NCBI RefSeq assembly: GCF_006345805.1 | Contig: NW_021834716.1 | Span: 1 to 26,512 of the forward strand | Direction: 5' to 3' | Source: Octopus sinensis | Lineage: Eukaryota | DNA: 26,512 nt | In this document: positions 8,431 through 20,078 of the stretch, in pieces | Numbering within the stretch: the first letter of the stretch is position 1 | Layout: each line of letters begins with the position of its first letter | The notes under the pieces: generated by a model | Seen by the model: only the letters and a program-made list of their open reading frames with translations | Database searches by the model: none | What the model was told of the DNA's origin: nothing | Translations under genes and position numbers: made by a program

Positions 8431-8557
8431 CTAGTCACAGGTCCTGAAATTTTGGGAGACGAAGAGGCTAGTTGAGAACAACGGCATAAGTATTGACTTG
8501 TCTTTATTTTATCGGCTCCGAAAGGTTGAAATGCAAAGTCAACCCCGGCGGAATTTT
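8431..8557 (-). mobile_element. Degenerate SINE group B fragment
   Basis: GAAAGGTTGAAATGCAAAGTCAACCCCGGCGGAATTT matches 7615-7651. Confidence 0.7.
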
Positions 8558-8657
8558 ATCGAAGTGTCTTGAGTTCAGGTCATGTCTGTCCTTCGTTAAT
8601 TCTAAGCTAACTCCAATGCTTTATATAAAAATTTATATATATATAAATATATATAAA

Positions 8658-8806
8658 GTTCCTGTCTACCAAATCCACTCACAAAGTTTTGGTCGGCCCG
8701 AGGCTATTGTAAAAGACATTTGCCCTAGGTGCCATGCAATAGGACTGAACCCAGAACTATGGGGTTGGGCAGCGAGCTTCTTAGCTCGCAGACCACGCCA
8801 GCGCCT
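8658..8806 (-). mobile_element. SINE group A head
   Basis: Reverse complement matches 754-910, including the B-box GGGTTCAGTCC. Confidence 0.85.
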
Positions 8807-9099
8807 GTATTAATCTTTGCTAACATTTTTAATTGGTTTCTAATAGTATTTCACGACCAGATCCCATGAGGACGAAATTCAAACCTGCCTTCTGTGGGAT
8901 TTGAACCAAGAACATAAAAAAACGCCACTAGGTAAATGGTGTGACGTATTCCTTCCGCCACTCTATCGATTCGACCACCCTCCTCTTCACTGTGCCTCCC
9001 ACTGTGCTCCTGATGGCGCTTAATAATGGCGTCCACATTTAAGTTTATTGACTGGAACATCAACAGGAACAATAGCAACAAATTCCTAAAAATACAAAA

Positions 9100-9314
9100 T
9101 GTGTGTGTAGTGTGTGTGTGTGTGTGTAAACGTATACATATATATGCATATGATTTTATATATATATCTTTATATATATAAACATATATATACATATATA
9201 TTGGTATGAATGTATGTATATACATATGTATAAATATGTATATATATATTTATGCATATATATACATATACATGTATGTATGTATATGTATTTATATGCA
9301 TATAAATATATGTG

Positions 9315-9350
<36 letters not shown>

Positions 9351-10043
9351 CAAACAGACAGACATACAGAGTCTAACATACATATATATGTGCATATTTA
9401 CGAGTGTGTATATAAAATTATATATGATATATATACATAGCATATATATAAATATCTATATATGTGAATATATAATATGTGTGTATGTGTGAATATATAC
9501 ATATATATGCGTGTGTGTATGTGTGCATTATGTATTCATATACGTATGCATGTACGTGCAGTACAAGTATACACACATACACACTCACAGAAATGCATAC
9601 ACATATAGACAAACACTCCTATACATACATTCGTCCTTCCTTCATGAATTCTTTAGTTCTTTGAAATTATTGCCAATATGGCGGAACCATGCTAGTGGAG
9701 AGTTGCTCGCTTGAGTGATTCAGGAGTAACCAGAGCACTTAAGTACATCATTATTACATCAACATGCTGATCGCCTTCATGTAAAAGATACACATTTAGA
9801 GAGATTTCGTTGGTGTTTTTCATTCGGTTATTTTTTACCTCCATTTTTTTTTTAACATAAACTTGTATATATCTCTGCGTGGTTCCTAGTAATTGTGTGT
9901 AAGTGTGCGTGCGTATGTATATGTGTGTGTGTTTCTGTATGTGTATGTGTGTATGCGTAGGTGTGTGTGTATATTTATGTATGTGAATATGCATAGATGT
10001 GAGTGCGTGCGTAAGCGTGTCCGTGTATGCGTGTGTTTGTGCG

Positions 10044-10078
<35 letters not shown>

Positions 10079-10894
10079 ATGTGTGTGTCTGTGTCTGTGT
10101 GTGTGTGTGTGTGTGTGTGTAAGTGTGTGTGTAAGTATGTGTATGATTATGCATAGATGTGCGTGTGTGTAGGTGTATGTGTGTGTATATATGTGTGTGT
10201 ATGTGTGTAAATATGTGTGCAAGTATGCGTAGATATGTGAGTGTGTATGTGTGTCTGTGTGTGTGCACGCACGCGCGAATACATGTGCGCATGGGCGGAG
10301 TATTATCTCTGGATATATTTTTTAATGGTGCTTCTATTTATGTAAATACGTGTGTGTATCTGTGTATGTGTGCGTGTGTGTATGATTGTGTGCATGCGAT
10401 TGAGTGTGTGTGCAAGAGAGAGAGAGTATTTGTGCGCATGAGCAAAGTGTTATCCCTGGTTTCAGGTTTTTTATGGAGATTCTTGAATGTATGTATGTAT
10501 GTATGTATGTATGTATGTATGTATGTATGTATGTATGTATGTATGTATGTATGTATGTATGTATGTGCGTATGTGTATCTAAGTGTGACTGTCCGTGAGT
10601 GATTGTGTGAGCGAGAGACAGAGTGTTGTGCGCATGCGCAGAGTATTATCCCTGGATGTAAGAATTTTTTATGGAGGTGTATATATTCATGCTTGTATAT
10701 ATATTTATGTGTCTGAGTGACTATGAATGTGTGTGTGTATGCGTGTCTGTCCGTGTGTGTGTGTATGTGTGTGTGAGGGGTGCAAAGCATTATCAACGCT
10801 TATGAGATTTTATAGAAACTGTTGAATGTGTGTATGTATATGTATGCATGTGAAAAATTTTATGTACATGTGTAAGTATGTGTATATGTGTATG

Positions 10895-10947
<53 letters not shown>

Positions 10948-10967
10948 TATATATAACATACATAGAT

Positions 10968-11021
<54 letters not shown>

Positions 11022-11325
11022 GTATATACAAATGTGTATGCATATATGAATGTGTATATATATATCTATACAGATATACGTATATATGTGCGTGTGTATG
11101 TGCATGTACGTGTACCTCCATGTGTATCACCACTATGTATGTACACGTATGTGTGTATGTATGTATTTATGCATCTATATATGTATATATGTATGTATTT
11201 ATGTATATGTATGTTAATCTCTAGGAATCGCTTTCATTTATATACTATATATATACATATATATATACATATGTACATATATATATACATATATACATAC
11301 AATATATACATTACATATATGCATG

Positions 11326-11377
<52 letters not shown>

Positions 11378-11627
11378 TTGTATTGTGCCATTTATTATTT
11401 CTATATTTACGCGTATCTATATATGCGTGCAGGTGTGTATATGTGTCTCCGTGTTTGAGTGGGTCTATATGAGTAGGTGAAGTATATCGGTAATTGCCTT
11501 ACTGTGTTTTTGCATTAAACTGTGTGTACAAGAATGTATATGGGCCTATGAGAATGCTAAGTGTGTATATGTGTATATATACGTATGTGTGTGTATACAC
11601 ACACACACACATACATATATATATATA
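9100..11627. repeat. Large compound TG/TA/GTAT/GATA microsatellite field with short unique islands
   Basis: Directly visible; the source of dozens of spurious ORFs. Confidence 0.9.
10284..10830. repeat. Four diverged copies of a ~145-bp tandem unit with a conserved ~55-bp core
   Basis: Core TGTGCGCATG.GCA.AGT.TTATCCCTGG...TTTTTATGGAG at 10284, 10431, 10627 and (degenerate) ~10771. Confidence 0.75.
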
Positions 11628-12040
11628 TCCTTAAATCCTTAAAAATGTTTCAGCCCGAACGCTGCGGCCATACTGGGGCACCACCGTTGAATGTGCTACA
11701 CTAGTATGTGAAACCACCTCTGATACATGCCACTTGGTCAATGATGGAGTTCGACGCCGCTGCCTGCATCTGTGTTTCCTGCCGAGGGGTAGGTTCATCT
11801 GGAAACCCTGACAAGAAGAGATCCAGTTTAGTTTTAAAGAAACCCACATCCACACCATGCAGGTCTCTGAGGCATTTAGGAAGGATATTGAAGAGCTGTT
11901 TTCAGTATCTGGTCCTGTATGTTGATAGTGATGTTGGGATCTTTGGCAACATGCAGTGGCACCTCATTCTACTTTTGGGATAACTTTCAATGCCAAAATT
12001 CAGGACAAGGCCCTCCAGGATTTTCCAGATGTATATCACT
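11628..12040 (-). mobile_element. 5'-truncated LINE 3' end (ORF2 C-terminus, 3'UTR and (TTTAAGGA)2 tail); clade unassigned
   Basis: One frame reads IYIWKILEGLVLNFG...TRY*KQLFNILPKCLRDLHGVDVGFFKTKLDLFLSGFPDEP...AASNSIIDQ...* (stop 11701-11703). The YIWKIL and LFN.LP...FK.KLD.FL motifs are typical of non-LTR ORF2 ends. Confidence 0.85.
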
Positions 12041-13033
12041 AATACCCGGCAAACGTGATGGTCAGTTGGTGTAAGGTCTGGTGAATATGGTGGATGACAG
12101 TGTATTTCCAAAGTTCAATTATTGTAACTTGAGTAGCGTTCTTTGTGCAGCATGTGGTTGAGTGTTGTCTTGCAAGAGAACTGACCTGTCTCTGTTGACC
12201 AATCTCAGTTGTTTAATTGCAAATTCACTCATCATTTTATCCAATTGGCTGATGTTTACATCTGCAGTAATTGACTTACCAGGTCTCATGGAGCTGTAGT
12301 GGATGACACCAGCGATGGACTACCAAACAGACACCATTAGCCTTTTTTGGTGAATATTCTTTTTTGGATTATGTTTTGGTACTTCGTCTCTATCCAACCA
12401 CCGCGCGAGAACGCTTGCTATTGTTGCAAAGAATCCATTTTTCATCACACGTAAAAGCACGAGGCAAAAATGGTTCGCTTTTATCCCGAGACAGCGAAGA
12501 ACAACAAGTTTCAAGACGACGTGTCATTTGATGCTCGTTCAGTTCGTATGGTAACCACTTGTCCAGCTTCTTTACCTTGCCGATTTGTTTCAGATAGTCC
12601 AATTTAGTTGGAATCGAAACCTCAATCCTTGCTGCTAACTCACGCGTGGTTTGAGATGTATCCGCTTCTACTACAGCTTCCAGTCCATCAATATCCACCT
12701 TGATCTCAGGTTTAATATGGGTTTGACTTTCATGAGTAAAGTTACCAGATCGGAACTTCTCAAACCATCGTCGTACTGTGTGCTCATTCGCCAGATCTTC
12801 ACCAAACACCTCATTGACGTTTCGAATTTTTTTTTATCTATCCAAGAGTTCACAAAACTTGATTTACAAGAGAAAACTCACGATATAATCAGACACCATG
12901 AATTGCATTTCGAAAAGTGATTATGTAACTCTTCAATGTTGTAAAACGAAGACTTGTCAGGATAAAACATTACAGTTAACAACTGTCAAACTTGGTGCCT
13001 AGAAAATCGGACATTTCATTCTGAATGACCTGA
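12041..13033 (-). mobile_element. Second mariner (cecropia/Hsmar1-like), degraded and lacking its 3' end and right TIR
   Basis: Left TIR TCAGGTCATTC... starts at 13033 after TA in a (TA)n tract. Remnant frames read TVRRWFEKFRSG, KKLDKWLPYEL (WVPHEL), CDEKW, LMVSVW, LQDN and HPPYSPDLTPTD, with multiple frameshifts and stops. Confidence 0.93.
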
Positions 13034-13062
13034 TATATATATATATATTATATATATATATA

Positions 13063-13109
<47 letters not shown>

Positions 13110-13170
13110 TATATATATATGTATATATAATATATATGTATGTATGTATGTATATATGTATATGTATATT

Positions 13171-13201
<31 letters not shown>

Positions 13202-13294
13202 AATATATATATGTATGTATAAAACCGTGGTTTTGTATGTGTGTGTGGTATTGTGTATGCACCCGTGTTTTTATGTATGTGTTTGTGCGAGTGC

Positions 13295-13340
<46 letters not shown>

Positions 13341-14211
13341 AAATCTGAATCTGTGCGTCAGAAAGCAGCAAGTATCAAAAAGATATATTCGCTCCCCACC
13401 TCTCTCTCTGTCTTTCTTTTCTTTCTTTCTTTCGCTCTCTCTTTCTCTCTCTCTTTCTCTCCTCTTTCTCTTCTCTCTCTCTCTCTATCTCTCTGTCCTG
13501 TCCTTATCTCTTTTAATTTTATCGTTATCAACATCATCATCATTAGCAGCACAACCACCATCGTCGTCATCATCATCACCACCACAACAGCGACACCAAC
13601 ACCACTACTACCACAACCATCATCATCATCATCATCATCGTCGTCGCTCTCCTTCACCAAGCCATATCATATCACCTCCATTACCACCACCACCACCACC
13701 ACCACCACACCACCAGCGTCACCGTTGCCGCCGCCATCATCACCTTAAGCAAGCGGCGGCCATTGTTGTTATGTCGCTTCGGTTGGTTTCGCCTCCGGTT
13801 ATTATAGTTCTTCGATTCTAACTGATTCTAGCTGATTCTACAAGCAAAATCAGTCGCAACCAAATGCTACAGTATAATGATATAATACAATATGATAAAT
13901 GTAGCCATTATTAATCCTCAAACCAACACATTCGGCGACATTTGTTAACGAGAGCACTAAATCTTTAGTCAACTGTGATAAAAATCTATTATGCTTTTAG
14001 TACGAAGCTTTTATGATTGGTGCCAGGTATTTAGTTTCGATTCAATCATATATATACATATACACACATATACACACATACACATATACATATATATATA
14101 CACACATATACACACATATAAACATATACATATATATACACACACATACATACATATACACATACATATATATACATATATACACATGCATATATATAAA
14201 CACACATGCAT

Positions 14212-14255
<44 letters not shown>

Positions 14256-14411
14256 TTATGTATATATGTATACATATATATACACATACACATACACATA
14301 TATATACACATACACATATATATATATATACACACACATATATATACACACATACACACACATAAACACACATCTATATTGTGTGAGTGTGTGAGTGTGT
14401 ACATACATACG

Positions 14412-14470
<59 letters not shown>

Positions 14471-14490
14471 GTATGTATATGCATATAGGT
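13034..14490. repeat. TA/TG/CT/CAT/CAC/CA microsatellite field
   Basis: Directly visible, with a unique island at ~13760-14045. Confidence 0.9.
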
Positions 14491-14534
14491 ATATATAGTA
14501 TATACTGCACATGTATAACCTCCAACAGGACCGG

Positions 14535-14630
14535 TGCCACTATTATCATCATCATCACTATAATCACAATCACCATCATCACTCCCACCACCACCTCAAC
14601 AGCCATCATCATCATCACCACTATCATCAC

Positions 14631-14685
<55 letters not shown>

Positions 14686-15082
14686 TTATGAAAAGCTACG
14701 GACCAATCTACTGTTTGGTGGCGGAGTTGTATTTGTTAGGATTTTTTATTGCTATCGTTGTTGTTGTTTTTAGTGGTGGTGGTGGTGGTTGTGGTGATGA
14801 TGGTGGTGGTGGTGGTGGTGGTGGTGGTGGTGATGTTTTGGGTGGCAGTGGCGTTTGTGGGCTGACAGAAAATATCCCGGATTTTCATGTTTTTACTTTT
14901 TTTATTGTTTTTCTCTTTTACTATTCTTTTTTTTGCTGTTTTATTGTTGTTGTTATTGTTACTTACCCACATTGTTGTATACATCCTTCTAAAGACTAAG
15001 CGTTTTTCATCTGTTGAATACTTCTTCCTCTTCTCTCCCCTCTTTCTCTCTTTCTCTCTAGCTGTATATATATGTATATATA

Positions 15083-15150
<68 letters not shown>

Positions 15151-15153
15151 GAT

Positions 15154-15192
<39 letters not shown>

Positions 15193-15310
15193 TAGATAGA
15201 TAGATAGAAGATAGATAGATAGATAGATAGATAGATATACATATATATACATATAGACATATACATACAAACATACATACACAAACATACACACATACAC
15301 ACATATATAT
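14535..15310. repeat. (CAT)n, (GGT)n, (GTT)n, (TA)n and (GATA)n arrays
   Basis: Directly visible. Confidence 0.9.
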
Positions 15311-15510
15311 ATACATACATAGGTATATGTCTCCGTATATATGTGAGTGAGTGTACCTCTGCAATACACACTCTCCCACTCTCTCTTTCTCCCTCCTTGT
15401 TTCTCCATCTCTATTTTACTCCTCTTCTGTCTCCAAATTCTCCTCTCAAACATATTTCTCCATACTTATTTTCATATTTCGATTCAATCGATTTTCTAGC
15501 TTAACCACAT

Positions 15511-15635
15511 TTATTATGGCATTGATTAAAAACCAATGTGAGTCTGAGACAGCATTTGGGGCCGACATTTACAAAATCGCTTTTAGGGGAACGACTCAAA
15601 TCATTAAGCACATTTGCGAATCGTATTTGTTTCGC
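15511..15635 (-). mobile_element. Fragment of an unclassified repeat ending in a TAA tail
   Basis: The first 35 bp (TTATTATgGCATTGATTAAAAACCAATGTGAGTCT) recur at 16976-17010 with one mismatch. Confidence 0.45.
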
Positions 15636-15642
15636 TAAAATC

Positions 15643-15720
15643 GTCACCATCGTCGTCATCAACATCATCATCATCATCATCATTATCATCATCATCATAA
15701 TCATTATTATTACCACCATC

Positions 15721-15752
<32 letters not shown>

Positions 15753-15832
15753 CATCACCATCATCATCATCATTGTCATCATCATCATCCCCATAACCAT
15801 CATCATCATCATCGTCATCGTCATCATCGTCG

Positions 15833-15868
<36 letters not shown>

Positions 15869-16042
15869 CCATTATCATCTTCCTCCTCCTCCTCATCATC
15901 ATCATCACCATCATCATCCTCATCATCACCATCATCATCATCCTCATCATCCTCATCATCATCATCATCACCACCACCATCATCATCATCACCATCATCA
16001 TCATCACCATCATCATCATCACCATCATATTCATCATCATCA

Positions 16043-16077
<35 letters not shown>

Positions 16078-16089
16078 CCATCATCATCG

Positions 16090-16123
<34 letters not shown>

Positions 16124-16226
16124 AATCATTATCATTACCACCACCATCATCATCATCATCACCATCATCATCATCATCGTCATCGTCATCATCGTCGTCA
16201 TCATCATCATCATCATCAACATCATC

Positions 16227-16287
<61 letters not shown>

Positions 16288-16474
16288 CCATTATCATCAT
16301 CATCCTCCTAATCATTATCATCATCATCATCACCATCATCATCCTCATCATCATCATCCTCATCATCCTCATCATCCTCATCATCATCATCATCATCATC
16401 ACCACCACCATCATCATCATCACCATCATCATCATCACCATCATCATCATCACCATCAAATTCATCATCATCAA

Positions 16475-16518
<44 letters not shown>

Positions 16519-16562
16519 CCATCATCATCGTCATCGTCATCCTCATTATCGTCATCATCATT

Positions 16563-16625
<63 letters not shown>
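15643..16625. repeat. ~1-kb interrupted (CAT)n array containing an internal ~430-bp duplication
   Basis: Variant-unit markers recur at offsets of 425-431 bp; the poly-Met, poly-Ile and poly-His ORFs are artefacts. Confidence 0.93.
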
Positions 16626-16823
16626 TTAGCAGCATTTCGTCCGTCTTTACGTTCTGAGTTCAAATGCCGTCGACGTCGATTTTCATCCTTTCGGAGTCTC
16701 TAAAATAAATTCGACTACGAGGTAGACTTTGCCTTTTATCCTCAAGGAGTCGATAAAAGCAAGTATCTTTTGAGTACTTGGCAGGAGGAGGTCAATTGTT
16801 GGCCTTGTGCCAAAATTTGAAAC

Positions 16824-16824
<1 letters not shown>
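16626..16824 (+). mobile_element. SINE group B, headless, with the central domain duplicated and an (ATT)n tail
   Basis: GAGTTCAAAT B-box; the GTCGA..TTTCATCCTTTCGGAGTC block occurs twice. Confidence 0.8.
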
Positions 16825-16876
<52 letters not shown>

Positions 16877-16899
16877 TATTATTAATATCATTATTATTT

Positions 16900-17010
16900 C
16901 CCCTTCTTCAAATTTTCTTCCATTTCTCGCCGAGTGTTTTCCGTACATCTAGGGCAGAGAAGCTCATTGTATGCATTATTATCGCATTGATTAAAAACCA
17001 ATGTGAGTCT
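16900..17010 (-). mobile_element. Two abutting short element ends, each terminating in TAA repeats
   Basis: 16900-16974 (minus end ...TTTGAAGAAGGGG-AAATAATAA) and 16976-17010 (matches 15511-15545). Confidence 0.45.
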
Positions 17011-17032
17011 TATTATTATAAAAATAATAATA

Positions 17033-17090
<58 letters not shown>

Positions 17091-17134
17091 TATTATTATT
17101 ATTATCAGTATTATTATCATTATCATTATTATTA

Positions 17135-17172
<38 letters not shown>

Positions 17173-17725
17173 GAGTGAGAGAGCAGTTCATGCCATCAAA
17201 GTGACACTGGGGTAAAATATACGAAGCCCAATATACCCATCATGACTACCCGTCTGATAAAGGTACACCAGGCACATGCATCACAACCATATGTGCGCGA
17301 CATGGTGATCTCATATCAAGATAAACAGCACATGACCTTGCAGGTGGGGCCCAGTTAGAATTTTCTTCAGGTTGAGTAGCCCATCCCGCTCAAACGGTCC
17401 CTGAATAAGGGTTGTTTAAGGATGTTGAAAGAACCACCCATGTTTCCAGAGGTGAACTATTCAAACCCAAAGAATCCCTCTCAACACATGGCTATGATGC
17501 TCCCCCACTACTTCTGCTCGTGATCAGAGATGCACATATCGTCAGCCACTAAGGGACATGCTCAACTGGTTAAGGTCAAACAACTGACAAGCAAATCTGT
17601 GGTATTGAGCAGAATATTTGCTGTAGCCCATCTTTTATACCAAGACAAAACAATGTACATGATAACACTTCCAATCAGTTAAGATCAGAAGCCATGAGAG
17701 CCACTGCCTGGTACTGCATCAGGGC
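17173..17725 (-). mobile_element. ~550-bp non-coding interspersed element embedded in (TAA)n, copy 1
   Basis: About 97% identical to 18404-18887 (I count ~12 substitutions and 2 indels over ~485 bp). Flanked by TTA arrays on both sides. Confidence 0.85.
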
Positions 17726-17739
17726 AATTATTATTATTA

Positions 17740-18060
<321 letters not shown>

Positions 18061-18180
18061 ATTTGATTATAAGATGTTGGTGTGATCTTAAGACAACAGT
18101 AAAAGGTGATTGTTATTATGTACATTAAAAAGTACTTTTGATAATGTTCACAGATTAATATTGTTGTTGTTGTTGTCATT

Positions 18181-18382
18181 GAGCTGGCAGAATCGTTAGC
18201 ACGTTGGACGTCATGTTTAGCAGTATTTCACCCGTCGCTACGTTTTGAGTTCAAGTTCCGAGGTCGACTTTGCCTTTCATCCTATGGGGTCGATAAATAA
18301 GTTGTCATTGAAACACTAGGTTCGATCTGATCGACTGTCTCCCTCCCCACAAAATCCAAGCCTCATGCCTACTATAGAAAGG
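18181..18382 (+). mobile_element. SINE group B, near full-length
   Basis: GAGCTGGCAGAATCGTTAGCACG head, GAGTTCAAGTTCC B-box, central CTTTCATCCTATGGGGTCGATAAA and an ATT tail. Confidence 0.9.
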
Positions 18383-18403
18383 ATTATTATTATTAGTATT
18401 ATT

Positions 18404-18885
18404 GAGTGAGAGAGCAGTTCATGCCATCAAAGTGACACTGGGGTAAAATATACGAAGCCCAATATACCCATCATGACTACCCGTCTGATAAGGGCACACC
18501 AGGCACATGCATCACAATCATATGTGCGCGGCATGGTGATCTCATATCAAGATAAACAGCACATGACCTTGCAGGTGGGGCCCATTTAGAATTTTCTTCA
18601 GGTTGAGTAGCCCATCTCGCTCAAACGGTCCCTGAATAAGGGTTGTTTAAAGGATGTTGAAAAACCCACCCATGTCTCCAGAGGTGAATTATTCAAACCC
18701 CAAAGAATCCCTCTCAACACATGGCTATGATGCTCCCCCACTACTTCTGCTCGTGATCAGAGATGCACATATCGTCAGCCACTAAGGGACATGCTCAACT
18801 GGTTAAGGTCAAACAGCTGACAAGCAAATCTGTGGTATTGAGCAGAATATTTGCTGTAGCCCATCTTTTATACCAAGACAGAACA

Positions 18886-18887
<2 letters not shown>
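18404..18887 (-). mobile_element. ~550-bp element, copy 2, truncated by ~70 bp at its right (5') end
   Basis: Same left end as copy 1 (TT-GAGTGAGAGAGCAG); runs into (TTA)n after ...ACAGAACAAT. Confidence 0.85.
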
Positions 18888-18952
<65 letters not shown>

Positions 18953-18954
<2 letters not shown>

Positions 18955-19146
18955 AGCCACCAGCTGGTAGAATCGTTAGCTCATCGGACGAAATGCTTAG
19001 CGGTATTTATTTCGCCCGTCGCTACGCTCTGAGTTCAAATTCCGCCGAGGTCGACTTTGCTTTTCATCCTTTCAGGATCGATAACTTAAGTACTAGTGAA
19101 ACACTGGAGTCGATATAATCGACTCATCCTGCTACCCTTGTGGCAT
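18953..19146 (+). mobile_element. SINE group B
   Basis: CTGGTAGAATCGTTAGC head, GAGTTCAAATTCC B-box and the central domain, followed by ATT/CTA repeats. Confidence 0.9.
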
Positions 19147-19170
19147 CATCATTATTATTATTATCATTAT

Positions 19171-19218
<48 letters not shown>

Positions 19219-19640
19219 CGTACTGAAAAGACACGCTGTCTGGGTGCTCCGTAAGTCGTAAGCGTGATTTTACTCTTTTCGGCCTGTTAATTCATTTTAA
19301 TTAGTACAGTCTTGTTTTTATCATTGCCTGGACTGCGCCGGTTGCATTTCTGTTTAGAGATACCACCTTTTTTCAGAGTGTGCGCAGTTTTGAACTTTCT
19401 AGAACTATCTGGAAAAAGGAAAGATTTTGCTATTTTCCAAATATTTCAAAACATGACGGATAAACAATGGATAATAATGTTCGATGGCGCGACGCGTTCC
19501 TTGTCCGAAAAGCAACACCGACGCAGCGGTGACTATAGTAAATGACGTCACCACCACGCCAGCGAAATCAAACACAGAAAGTAATACATTTTTGTCTGCT
19601 TGCAGCTTCGAAATATTTTGACAGTTTAGTAAATCAATAA

Positions 19641-20078
19641 TTCAACGACACATTCGACAATGTCGGTAACAACAACAACAACAACACCATCATCGTCACC
19701 AACAACAACACCAAGAACAAGTCTAAAGAAGAAAAGGTAAACAAAGAAAATTTTGAAAGAAACTCGAACACCACCACCGCCGCCTCCGTTGCTGCCGCTA
19801 AAGTAACTAAAGTCATGATAGAGATCCCGGAAAATAGATTTCTCTTGCGGTTGCTGCAAGAAATCTGGAAAAATTATCCATAGATTAAAGAAGATTTAAA
19901 ACTGGCCAGACAAATTGTAAAAAGAAATAGAAGAGGAGCCCCCAGCCCTCATCCACAGGCGATCGAAAGCATTTTGAGATGCACAGTTACATACCGCTGC
20001 ATAGGAACACAGTCGCGCCAGGTGAAAAAAGCGGCCGAGATCCAAATTCAAAAATGCCTCTCGCGACCAACGCCTTAA
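19641..20078 (+). pseudogene. Putative ORF1 C-terminal remnant of the L1/Tx1-type element
   Basis: 146-codon frame with a single internal TAG (19881), ending at TAA 20076-20078 directly before the endonuclease region. No diagnostic motif; assignment is by position only. Confidence 0.4.

Noticed and set aside
9656-9725. Possible plus-strand exon after TTCTTTAG
   Set aside because: All three frames contain stops and the donor site is weak.
13771-13941. Possible MITE with ATGTCGC/GTTGGTTT inverted ends
   Set aside because: Only 7+8 bp match with a gap, there is no TSD, and no second copy is present in the window.
19543-19550. Perfect CRE palindrome TGACGTCA (also at 25909)
   Set aside because: An 8-mer occurring twice in 26.5 kb is not informative without promoter context, and one copy lies in the probable TE region.
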